A stretch of 62,918 bases of DNA, the filler included, from Choristocarpus tenellus KU-1152 (taxonomy: Eukaryota; Protista; Phaeophyceae), in the NCBI GenBank assembly GCA_964200185.2. It is 9 parts of 9 records of this genome, joined end to end, with 100 filler letters (N's around TTAATTAATTAA, not from the genome) between each part and the next. Parts side by side here need not be neighbours in the genome. Positions count along the whole stretch, not along the records: positions 12,891 to 20,800 come from CAXNAD020005408.1; positions 20,901 to 35,808 come from CAXNAD020001098.1; 7 more parts are not named here. One strand, given 5' to 3'. Each line of letters starts with the position of its first letter. Positions within the stretch are counted from its first letter, which is position 1. Shown here piece by piece: positions 13,030 to 24,900 of the stretch. A program made the translations under genes and the position numbers. The notes beneath the pieces are model-generated. The model did no database searches. It had not been told where the DNA came from and worked only from the letters and a program-made list of their open reading frames with translations.

Positions 13030-13406
13030 GTTGAGATCTCTTTGCGCTTGTATAACGTACCCATGTATGCCCTATATACACACATACACACATCTACGCA
13101 AGTACACCCAAAGTGCACACACTTGAGTTATACCCCCTGTGTGACAATACAACCAATGCTCATAGTAGCCAAGGCCCCTTTGTCTCCTGTAGCCTGCCTG
13201 ACACCGAACACGCCGGAGAGAGCAGAGCCTCGTGATCGATCGAGCCAAGACCCGCCTGCCAAGGTTGTGGCATCCTACTGTCTAAACTCTGGATTATTAG
13301 TATACCCTTTCACGCCTGGCAGACCTACCAGTAGTGTACAGGCTAAGCATATACCCAACATTCACACAACAAACCAAACAGCTCTGTGGGAGGTACTCCA
13401 GACTGT

Positions 13407-13587
13407 GGCTCAAAGTATCTGGGGGGGGGGATCTACACCAGGGTGTCCACTCGGGCCCTGACCAGGAGAAGTGCGGTAACATTATCCATCTACCGCATGC
13501 AAATCAATCACCTTAAAATCACAACATGGAAAAATGGACCCCAAATGGAAAGCCGCCCCCCCTCCCCCCCCCCCTCCAGATTGAGTC
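13407..13587. mobile_element. MITE, short subfamily
   Basis: GGCTCAAAGTATCTGGGG...CCCTCCAGATTGAGTC; TSD TGT on both sides. Confidence 0.85.
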
Positions 13588-14013
13588 TGTGGACACTCAC
13601 TAAAAGCCAAAACTGCGAAGTCACCCACACAATTCACTTCACACAACCCTGAGTCGTCCCCAACATGCTGGCAGAGGGGTCACCAACACGTCCACAGTCA
13701 CTGCATCCCCTCACCGCCAACACTTGATAAGCACTTTTGTTTTGTTTTTTCTATCTGCTTGCATTTCTTGCCACTGGTGGAGCGTTGTCCCCTCTCACCT
13801 TTAAATAGCGGTTTTGTTATTGAACTTCGAGGATTCGTGTATTAATTAATTAACCCTTCTTATCCTATAATAATTTAGGAAAATAATGCTCTGCTCTTGA
13901 GTACGTAGTGACGTGTATTATTATTTTGGGAATGGAAAAGAAGTATGTACGCCCTAAAAAGTGTCCTACCATATCATTAGGTGGTGATAAACTCATAGGG
14001 GAGAGTGTTCCCT

Positions 14014-14019
14014 ACACAC

Positions 14020-14069
<50 letters not shown>

Positions 14070-14071
14070 AC
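14014..14071. repeat. (CA)n microsatellite
   Basis: Dinucleotide run. Confidence 0.95.
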
Positions 14072-16549
14072 CGTGGCGAGACAAGGTTCAAGTCCATTTT
14101 TCAGAATGATCCCCAACCCCCCGCATAAGCTGGCCCAATCCAAAAACAACACAATCTCCTTTGTAACCAGCTTGCCATCCCCGAGAAGCTTCCTTCAACA
14201 TGCAGGATTGGATACACTGTGCAAATTGCACTGCAGAATAAAAAAAAAAAGAGAGGGTGTTGACACACTCAACATGCAGTCCACCCCAACGGTCAGCAGC
14301 CAGAGCAAGCAGCACACCTGAGGGAGAAGCAACCGTAGATAGGGGTATGAGCTCTGATTCCCTAGGCGAGCCCACATAGTGCCTATCAGGTTGAGCTTGG
14401 CTGACGAACCCCTGGCAGTAGTCATCTTCTCAAGGACATTTTTGCACACCTGAGTGTCAGCGGAAGTGGGGGAGGGAGTCAAAAGTCAATTGACATAATG
14501 GGGGCTTTAGAGGGAAGATGTATATGCCTTTAGATGCCTTGAGAGGCAGGGGCAGGGTACTCGTAGAGGCTGAAGTATGTACGATATTAGCAAAGTCCTT
14601 TTTAGTTCTATTTGTAGCGTTGCTGTAACAGTAGTTTCACTCAAACCATGCAACAAGAGTGGATACCATACTCAGAAGCAAAATACTTAAAGCTTGGTAG
14701 CTGCACACTTGCTTGACTGGAATGATTCCCTATTCCGCATTGTTAGAGTTGTGAGAACAACGACAATCACCATACATTGAGGGTCTCATTCACTCATCAC
14801 ACAGCACAACATACACCCGGAGAGTGCAGTTGGAGAGAACTAAGATGGATAACTAAGATGGATAACTAAGATGGATACTCTCAATTACTCTAATAGAATT
14901 CAAGGTGCCCTGGCCTACATGCTTTACATTTTCTGTATAATACTTGAGTCTTGCGATTCCACGCCTACCCTGCAAGGTGCACTTGCAGTTTTGCCTGTAT
15001 TGCCTGAGTACGATGGAGTGCTATATATCTACACTAGCAAAACTGGACAGGTTACCGCTCACCAAACATTCAGTAGAGGGTTCATCCACTTCAACCCCGT
15101 ATCAAAACCTTGAGTTTACAACATGATTGGATGCAGAAAAGAAGCTATGCGAGGTCAAATATTTGTCGCAACCCACAAGATTCAGTAGATTGTGTCTTTT
15201 CCAAGTCCTATATGGCCCCACTTAGCCGTGAGGAGAATGGACAAAGGCCTAACAAGATCCTATTCTAGGCGTGGGTGTTGCACGGCAAACTTCAAGCATG
15301 ACGTATCACCACCTGCGAGCAATTTCATCATGTCGCTACGCTAGGAGTCACATCTTGCGTCGAAATCCCGTCCAAAGGCGGGGCTATTCACATGATCGTT
15401 GCTCCATGATAGTGAAAATACCATATACGCGGGTGATCGTTGGGGATAAAAATGACAAATTCGTGTCATTTGGCCTAAAGAAAGTGTGGGATGGATAAGT
15501 TTTGATGATGTTCCTTCACGTCACCAACAGGAGAAAGTACTCCCAACCACTCTGTTACTTTTATTGATGAAGGTATATCATGCTCGAAAGACTCAAATCG
15601 ACACACGTAAAGGATAGGTGGACGGTAATAGTATAACTTCGAAAACCCAGGACCAGAGGAGACAGGAAGAATAGAAGTCTTGAGGGACAGTACTAGAACG
15701 GTAGGCCAACCATATACTAGGAATACAGAACGTATGCAAGCACAGTCGAACCTCATGAAAGCCAAAATCGTTCGCGTTGTCTTCCGGAGCATACTGGAAT
15801 CCATGATCTTCAGTTGTACAGGTCCCGGCACCTATTGGGGTTTGCAATATCAAGTCCATAGTGAGTAATACCAGTATGTCGAGGTGCTCGGGGTTAGCAA
15901 GGAATGGCAGTGGTCGTGATTGTGGAGTAAGCTGCTTCACCTAGTGTTATACTTCGTCCACAATGAACCTCGAATTATGGTCAGGGGCAAGTGGGGAGGT
16001 TGTCATGCCTGGGCTTTATATAGTAGGTGTCCTACTGGGTTTGGGGTCAGACAAACCCTACTAATTGAATATCATTTGCACCCACCTTCGGTGCCCTCCG
16101 TATGGTTCATTAGATTCATAACCACCAAGACAAAAGGCTCGTATGCGTGCACTCTCTGCACACCATGCACCCAATCCCCTCTAGGTCCCTATTTACTTAA
16201 TAGTGGGGAGGATGTGGCAACACGGTGCGGTGGATATGATAGAACATCACCAACATCAACTTCTCTTGTTTCAAATTTACAAATTTGTGTATTTTATATT
16301 ATTATGCCCTTTGACATTTTGCAAATGTGTCTGGAGAAAAACAAATGAAAACTATACGTATGTCAGTATAAGCCCTAAATAAATTTGTGTATAATTTGTG
16401 TATAATACCAACATACCAACCCTCTTCTATCTATATATTTAGTAGTAGTAGTAGTGGTAAAGTTGAGGACTGCTTTTGTATCACACCAAACTCTATTACA
16501 CCACCCTTAACAGACATCAGGAGAGAGGTAGCAGTTAGCCTGCGCCAGG

Positions 16550-18432
16550 ATGAAACCTTGGGCTGTGCAAGGATTAACCAACACTGTAAATCAAGCACGC
16601 CGGTACTCGCTTATAGCCCCAGCTTCGCGTGTAACGTTGTCTCATGACAGTAGTACTATCAACAAGGAGGATGGGGTAAAGCAACGACCACACCACCTTG
16701 TCCCGAATGTTTTTTTTACTGTCCATGCTCGAAGTCGTTCTCCTCGACTGGGGAGGGGTATCGTGAGTCGAGAAGTATGGATCTACCATTCTCTACCTTG
16801 CTCTCGAGCCCACCTCGGAATACGTGGTCTCCATATGGATCAGACAGCAAGAAAAGACGAAGACTGTAACAGGATGGTGGAGAAAGGGGACAAGGATGAG
16901 ACAACAAGGGAGGACGCAGGGTGCAACAGGAGCGGGGAGAAAGTTCAAAGGATCAGGTGCCCTTGTTGGAACTGCGGGGCTACTTTAGAGTACCAGGACT
17001 TCTTTTGCACCTGTGGGGCCGTACAACCTCTAGATGACAACGCTAACTATTTCGAGATGTTCAGCTTCCCCGTTGCGGTTGTCCTTGACGTCAAGCAGCT
17101 TGAGAAGAGTTTTATGCAAATGCAAAAGTTGTTCCACCCGGTGAGACAGTAGTAAACTTAAGTTGACAGGAGTATCACTCGGAGCGTTGGTAGGTGTGGT
17201 TAACCTTACACACAAAGTCCTAACGGTTGTGATCACTGTGGGTTTTTTGTTCCTCACCATCGATTTCCCATTGCACGTCAGTCAATCGCCCTGCACACAT
17301 CACGAGCAGGAGTCCTTAGCTAGTAACGATGACACGCTTGTGAGTAGCCTTCTTTTGCTCGCCCTGTGTTGACGTACATGCTTAGCCTATATCCTACTTC
17401 CTAGATAACTGTGTCATCTTTGGGGGGGAGAGAGAGTTGATGGCCCAAGTGACATATTCTAGGTCTTTTTGCTGATGACATTTCAATATCCTCACCCTAC
17501 CCTGTATGAAATTGCAAGGGTCTCTCGACCACACCTTTTGTGCCTCATGATTGATCTCTATAATGTAATTTGTAAATGTTTCGAGGTGTGACGGACCCCC
17601 TCTCAATACGACCCCTCGATTCTAAACAATCACTGTGACCAATTCGTTTGTTGTGCTTCCATAAAAGGACTTATTTGGTTCAAAGTCAACAGCGGAAAAG
17701 GAGGTGTCATCCAACAACTCCACAATAGTGAACCAGGCCTACCAGACACTTCTCAGTCCTATGCAGAGGGTCAAATACCTGGTGCGTTGGCGTGTCTTAC
17801 GCCATGCCCTCACCCAGTCTCAGTTCTGGACACCCCCACTCCACCAGTTTCCCCCTCCCAAGCAGTGTTAGCAAGAAGCACTAGGTTGCACATCCTGCAC
17901 TCTACTCGCCTGGTTGACTTTTAGTTCTGGGGAACCAGACAATGCCCTCAACTTAGTTGGCTTGGCTCGCCTGGACCACTCTAATATCAGTCAGCAACAG
18001 GTCCTTAACACTCCAATCCCTTGCGTACTTCCCTGACACCCTTGGCCGCCTTTTCCCCCCCCACCTCCTACCAACCTTTCATCCCTCTTGCCTGTGCCCC
18101 TGAACTGGGTACATGTTGAGTAGATAAAGTTACAGGGCATCCGTGTACTAGAAGAGGACACTCGAGTTGGTGTCCATCCAGACTTCCTTGTTGAGATCAT
18201 GGAGACCAGGGAAAGCTTGGAGGCGTGTGAGTCACAGGCTGAAGCAGAGGCAATATTGGCACAAACTCTGGTGTTGGAAGAGGAGTGCCTGGTTGGCTTG
18301 GAGGAAGCACTGCAGGCTGGGGATAGGGATGCGCTTGAGGCAGGGGCAGTACGACTGCGGTATTTGTGTCGGATTGAGGACGAGGCGAAGAGGGTTGGAC
18401 ATAGGCTGGAGGATGAACTAGCGCACCAATGA
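16550..18432 (+). CDS. HSCB: Mitochondrial Fe-S cluster co-chaperone HscB/Hsc20 (exons 16550-17140, 17668-17781, 18124-18432)
   Basis: R/S-rich N-terminus; CWNC...FFCTCGAVQP zinc motif; NYFEMF...LQ-like MQKLFHP|DLF J-domain with HPD; VNQAYQTLLSPMQRVKYL; C-terminal FLVEIMETRESL...RLRYL. All introns GT-AG and phase 0. Confidence 0.93.
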
Positions 18433-20551
18433 TGGAATTAATATGTTGATTCTTTGAAGGTTGTACTGCCAGGCAGTGATTGATGTCCTGCCAAGTAATG
18501 ACGCCAACTCCATGGGTAAATGATGTACATGCAGCTCATTTGCTCCAACAAATTTTTGTGATGTATTTTTGAGTCAATTTTACGTGTGTGTGGGCTGACC
18601 CAGTATCAATACTGGGCACATGCACTCTATTACTTTCCCGAGTGCTTGTCCTTCCGTGAGTCTGGAGGTAGAGATCAGTTATTTTCCCCATGTTGCTAGG
18701 CATGGAACAATATTATGAGTTGATCATGTTACACTGTAGGGTGGTTGCACTGCCTTAGTTATATTTTCCCTCTGCACTGTACTAATACCTCTCTACAGTG
18801 TGTAAATCTTTCACACGGAGCCTGTAATGATTTGCAAGTTTGTAATGCCAACCATGGTACATATTGTATGGACATACTGAACCCTGCACTAAAAAGGTGA
18901 AAATGCACTCTTCAGTTCCAATGTCAGAAAACCTCTACAAGACAGATGATAGTTGCCAAAGCAGCATTAAAAATCAGCGTTACATTGTTGTCCAAGTTCT
19001 TGAGATCTTCAATAATATGCTTTTGCTCAACAGATGTTACTGTACTTCTCAATGAATTGAAAAGTCAATGGATGGGTTTTATTTAGAGCTCAAGTACTTG
19101 ATTATAGCAGTGAGAAAAAATAATCTCAAGGTCATCCTGCTGTGCATTATGCATAGATGCTGGAGACCCTCAAACACGACTCAAGCTCTATCCTTCAGCT
19201 GCTGGAGTACATCAGGAAAAGTTCTTTCATTACATCAAGTATGTGATGGAAGGAACGTAAAAGGATTTAACAGGAGTCATAGGAAAATTCACATTTATTC
19301 CTTGATGATGAGGACCTGGATGTGCTGAAATTATTTCCCTAACTTGGTGAGAGCCTTTCTGATGTCCACTATGCACAAATTTTTTTTGTCATAATAGAGA
19401 TTGTGATCACTCCAGCTGATGAAGTTACTGCTTTGCCTGGCATCTGATATGTACGTTCTTGTGGCGGCCGGGCCTAGGGAGTTTTCACTCCTTGCCCATC
19501 ACATATGGTAATGAAACCGTAAGAGTTGAACAAAAGTGATCACCTGAGGTAACTCACAGCTTTGGCAATAATCCAATCAACACCTAGTATAATATATATA
19601 CTTTTGCCGTATCTCCAAGGCACAGCACAGTACAGTCAGCATGTTTAGAGTACAATATACAATATTTGAACCCTGTTGGTCGTTGCAATCATAATCAGAA
19701 GAGATTCTTAGTTCCTTCACATTGAGGTACGTACGTTATGTAATCCATACCTCCACTCCCTGTCGACAGTACAATCAACTTATCTATATATTGTACCTGA
19801 AATAGTAGATAAGTCCCTAATTTCTCTGTGGGTGACATATCATTGTGAAGATGTACAATCAACTTGAAGCTATTTTATGGCATTGATCTATGCCCTTGAA
19901 AAGTAAAATGACAAGTGTGTATGTGGCAGGAAATTAGCATGTCATTTCTATTCCAAACTTAATTGTGCATAAATCATATCTGACCTGCTGGGAGAAGCCA
20001 CATATGCAATGCCAGGATGTGTGCTCGCGAAATTTCGATCAACATCACAGAAGCAAACAACACCAGATGATAATCACGTCCAATTGGCCTCGAAGGCTGG
20101 ATAGATGAAGGGTATATTAAAATTTCAGCAGAACAAGCACCAATAGATCCATCAACACATGCTTGACGTAAGAATGATGCCCAGTACCAACAGTTCACTT
20201 TGTTTATAATTCAGCTTGTTAAGACTTGACACCACTGCAACATTGGGTGCAGTAGTGCACGGGCAGCACTCAGCCTTCCTCCCTCCCCACACATGATGGA
20301 AAAGGGCAAAAACTGTAACAACCAAACCCCACTTTGTGACCCACCACAGCCACACAAGGGCTTGTAGCCTTACAAGGAGAATTTTTTGGGTGTCAAGGTT
20401 CACCACCTGCAAGGGGATACAGCATATACCTCAACACCTTTTTCAGGATGGCTGGAACCAAAAAGAGATGGGATACAAAGTATCAATGGCGCTGGTCCTC
20501 TCCTTCAGTGACTTTCCTCCCCCGACCCCCAATGCCCCCGCTACACATGGT

Positions 20552-20749
20552 TTATCTCAGCCGACGTGCCTCACGCTCCCACTCCAGAAGGCACAGGATG
20601 TCACCCTCACGGACGGGTCCTTTCACGTTGCGGATTATAGACCGCGTGGGATCATCGAGGAACTCCACTCGGACCTGGGTAACATTACCAGTGTTGCCAG
20701 TGCGGCCTAGGACCTTGTTGACCTTAGCAAGCTTAATACCCTGGTTATC
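20552..20749 (-). CDS. RPS28: 40S ribosomal protein S28 (eS28), main exon; start exon not located
   Basis: After acceptor ttttcccag: [65 protein letters not shown]. Absent from the ORF track. Confidence 0.96.
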   Translation of the reverse strand, partial: DNQGIKLAKVNKVLGRTGNTGNVTQVRVEFLDDPTRSIIRNVKGPVREGDILCLLEWEREARRLR

Positions 20750-20934
20750 CTGGGAAAAAACAGGGGGGGGGGGGGCAGGGGGGGGGGGGGAGGGGTAAAA
20801 NNNNNNNNNNNNNNNNNNNNNNNNNNNNNNNNNNNNNNNNNNNNTTAATTAATTAANNNNNNNNNNNNNNNNNNNNNNNNNNNNNNNNNNNNNNNNNNNN
20901 ACATGGACAAAAAAAAAAGGATGAATCATAGCAC

Positions 20935-21657
20935 GAGCACCATAAACAGGTAGTTGGAGGATATAGGGGCAATACAAAACCCCCACTTGATCAAACCCAA
21001 CATTAAGCTGTGGCAAAAGGTACGGAGAACGGACTTCTCATGTGTGTGCACCTCAAACACAACAGATAGGACAAGCAAGAACCATAAAAAGGAGATTGTT
21101 TATGACCAGAACTATACATTACATCTTTTGTGGTACAGGAAGTGGTACACAGTGGAGATACTACCTCCAAAGTCTGGTGGCAGCACCTCCTCCGAGTACG
21201 ACTTCCAGTACCACAAATGATCTAATGCATAGCTCTGCTCATAGATAACTTTCTTTTTATGGTTCTAGCTTTCTTGCCTGCCATTTTTAGCACAAAAACA
21301 AATTAAACACTTCCCATCAGAGCTGCGAAGCACATCTCGACGGGCGTTGGCTGCAATGATTATGGTCTTGGGTGTATGACTCTTGACCAGCACAATAATA
21401 GGCCTCCCTGAAAAGTCACTATCATTCTCATGTGGTAATACGTCAATTCAACCCTTTCCCCATCAGCAATTACATAAAACCAGACGTCCGCCATTAAAAT
21501 TGTATTTGCCGTGGAGGCATACTGACCACATTTCAGATTAACTTCGTCGTAAACAAAGTTCAATCCCTGTACCTTTTGCCACAATTTAAGCTCGGGTTTG
21601 ATCCGGCGGCGATACGGCATAACCGCCATATCATCCAAGGACATGATTTTGGTGCTC
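20935..21657. repeat. Nested long inverted repeats: outer arms 20935-21037 and 21555-21657; inner foldback 21073-21271
   Basis: Outer arms align without gaps (shared GATCAAACCC...TGTGGCAAAAGGTAC). The inner palindrome is gapless around ~21172 with ~97-bp arms. Confidence 0.85.
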
Positions 21658-21929
21658 ACGTTATATAATTGATTCCCTTGGTGACCCATCTCCATTGCAA
21701 CCTGACCCACTGTGGATGACCGATTTTCACAGTTGATACTATGTATGACTGCATCTTAGCATGAGGTCTGAAGGCCGCCGACTAGGTGCCGCCACTCCAG
21801 AAGTGTGCGGCCATCGGCTAGCTAGTCAACAACGTTCCGCAAGAACCCTGGCATCTAACGCTCGGATACACCAAACTTCACAGCTCAACGTGTCCCAGCA
21901 GTTCATTTCTTCTTTACGAACAAATATAT

Positions 21930-24900
21930 TGAAGAATATTAAAAGAATTCTCACCTACCTCACCCCGAACTATCTCACACAAACCATTCATCATCCAAGA
22001 ATGGTTTTCCTCTGTGAACCAATCAGTACACGGTGAAGTTTGCCAGAGCAAATACCGGCGCAGCTCGGTGAGATGCCTTTCTGCAGAAGAAGATATTGTC
22101 ATACTCTCGTACCAACTATGAACACTGCCTCTTCGGTGTTTCACAATTAGGTTTCGTTTCCAAATTTGATGCATTGACCAAAGGAAGTTGGAAAGGCTTC
22201 AAAAAAAGTCCCTACTTCTCAATATTACTCCAGACAAGTCAGTCCGTACACAACGACATTAGCCTGTGCCAACAACGGTGGAGATTCGCCAGAAGCCTCC
22301 ATACAAACGAACACCTTATGATGCTGACATATCAAGGGTAACCTCTGTTCTATATGAAAAGCAAAGTTTCATGTTCCCATCACGATATCCTTTAGCAAGA
22401 TAAGTTGGACTTCCAACATCTCAGTTTTGCTATGAAAATAGACATCTTATCCAACTCAGTCGATGTTATCCCAAGCAGACCAGTCAGTACACAATGAGGT
22501 TTGCCTGTGCCCATACCGATAAAGATGGGTAAGATGCCTCTTCAAAGAAGAAGATAGTGCCATACTTCCGTACCAACAACGTAAAAAGATATCTTACCCA
22601 ACTGAAACGATATTATCTCACAAAAGACAGCCACTACAACAAGAGCTTTGCCTGTGCCTTTGCCTGATGAGCTGGGTAGGAAACGCCTTTAAGAAAGAAA
22701 AAAATATCATCATTTCCACCAATCTTTACCGGTAATGGTTTGATTTCTTCTTTTAATTAAGATATTCACTAACAAAGAATAGAAGCCATCAAACATATAC
22801 CTAGTTATACTCAGAAAACAGACATCCTTCTTAACTCAGCCAATATTATCCCAAGCAAACCAGATATTACACAGTAAGGTTTGCCATAGCTAATACAGCT
22901 GTAGTTCACCAGATGCATCGGTACGAAACCAATCTAATTAGACTGTTACACCAATCAAGAATACTGACTCTTCGGTGTTCGATAGATGGGTTTCGTATCC
23001 AAAATTAATATATTGACCAACAAAAGTTGGAAGACTTCAAACAACCCCTTAGTTGTCCTCTGCAAATAAACAGCTTCGAAAATAAATCGTACCTAGCTCA
23101 TCCGATATTATCTCGGACAAACCAGTCCTTACACAATGAATGAGGTTTGCCAGTGCCAATACCAGCGTAGCTTTCCAAGTGCCTTTACAGAAGAACAATA
23201 TCTCATCATGCTCCCATATCCAGCGTAATCATTCTTTTATGTGCAAGCTTACTGTTCTTTCTTTCACAACATCAAACAACTAAAGTATAAAACTTCCAAT
23301 ATATCCTCAGTTATGCTCAGAAAAAAGAGATTGTACCTAGCTCATCCGATATTATCTCCAACAAACCAGTCACTACAAAGTAAGGTTTGATATAGTCAAT
23401 ACCGGTGGAGCTGGGCAAGACATCTTACAAAGAACATCTAATTAGTCTTTACAATAATCAAGACTACTCACTCTTCCCTGTTCGATAGTTAGGTTTTGTT
23501 TCCACAATTAATATATTGACAAACAAAAGTTGGAAGACTTCAAACAACCTCCTAGTTGTCCACTACAATAGGAATATGACTTAGCTCATTCAATATTATC
23601 TCAGACAAACCTGTCCTAACGCAATTAGATTTGCCAGTGCCAATACCAGCAGAGCTTGCCAACATGCCTGTTTACAAAAGAACAAAATCTCATCATGCTC
23701 CCACATCCACCGTGACCATTCTTTATGTACAAGCTTAACGTTCTTCACTTCAAGATATTGACAAACCACCATTTAAAAACTTCCAACATATCCTCAGTTA
23801 TGCTCTGAAAAAAGAGATCGTACCTAGCTCAACCGATATTATCTCCAACAAACCAGTCACTACAAAGTAAGGATTGCCATAGCCAATACCGGTGGAGCTG
23901 GGGAAGACACCTTCTTACAAAAGAACAAAATCTAATTAGACTGTTGTACCAATCAAGACTACTCACTTTTCCGTGTTCGATAATTAGATGTTTCCACAGT
24001 TAATATATTGACCAACAGAAATTATAAGACTTCAAACAACCCCCTTCTTGTCCTCTACAAATAGACATCTGACCTAGCTCATCCGATATTATTTCAGACA
24101 AACCAGTCCTTACGCAATGAGGTTTGCCAGAGCCAATACCAGCGAAGCTTACCAAGATTCCTCTTTACAAGAGAACAAAACCTCATCTGTCTCCCACATC
24201 CATCGTAATCCATTCTTTATGTGCAAGCTTAACGTTCTACAATTCACGATATTGATCAACCAAGATTTAAAAACTTCCCCAACATTTCCTCAGTTATGCT
24301 CAGAAAAAAGGGATCGTACCAAGTTCAACCGATATTATCTCCAACAAACCAGTCACTACAAAGTAAGGTTTGGTATAGTCAATACCGGTGGAGCTTGGGA
24401 AGACACCTTACAAAATAACATAATCTAATTAGTCTTTACAATAATCAAGATTACTCCCTCTTCCGTGTTCGATAATTAGGTTTTGTTTCCACAATTAATA
24501 TATTGACCAACAAAAGTTGGAAGACTTCAAACAACTCCCTAGTTGTCTACTACAAATAGGAATATGAACTAGCTCATCTAATATTATCTCCGACAAACCT
24601 GTCCTTACGCAATTAGGTTTGCCAGTGCCAATACCAGCAGAGCTTGCCAACATGCCTGTTTACAAAAGAACAAAATCTCATAATGCTCCCACATCCAGAG
24701 TAACCATTCTTTATGTGCCAGTTCAACGTTCTTCCAACGTTCACATCACGATATTGACAAAACATTTAAAAACTTCCAACATATCCTTAGTTATGCTCCC
24801 GAAAAAGAGATCGTACCTAGCTCGTCCGATATTATCTCCAACAAACCAGTCCCTACAAAGCAAGGTTTGCTATAGCCAATACCGGTGAAGCTGGAAAAGA

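Noticed and set aside
20336-20798. Plus-strand ORFs of 124 and 116 aa
   Set aside because: Antisense shadows of RPS28.
20954-21710. Pair of paralogous small proteins sharing IKPxxKLWQKV
   Set aside because: The similarity comes from the DNA inverted repeat; the + copy has an in-frame stop within the aligned region.
23885-23910. Homology of guide UCUUCCCCAGCUCCACC... to plant miR482
   Set aside because: Only a superficial pyrimidine-rich resemblance; miR482 targets the P-loop motif, and stramenopile miRNAs evolved independently.
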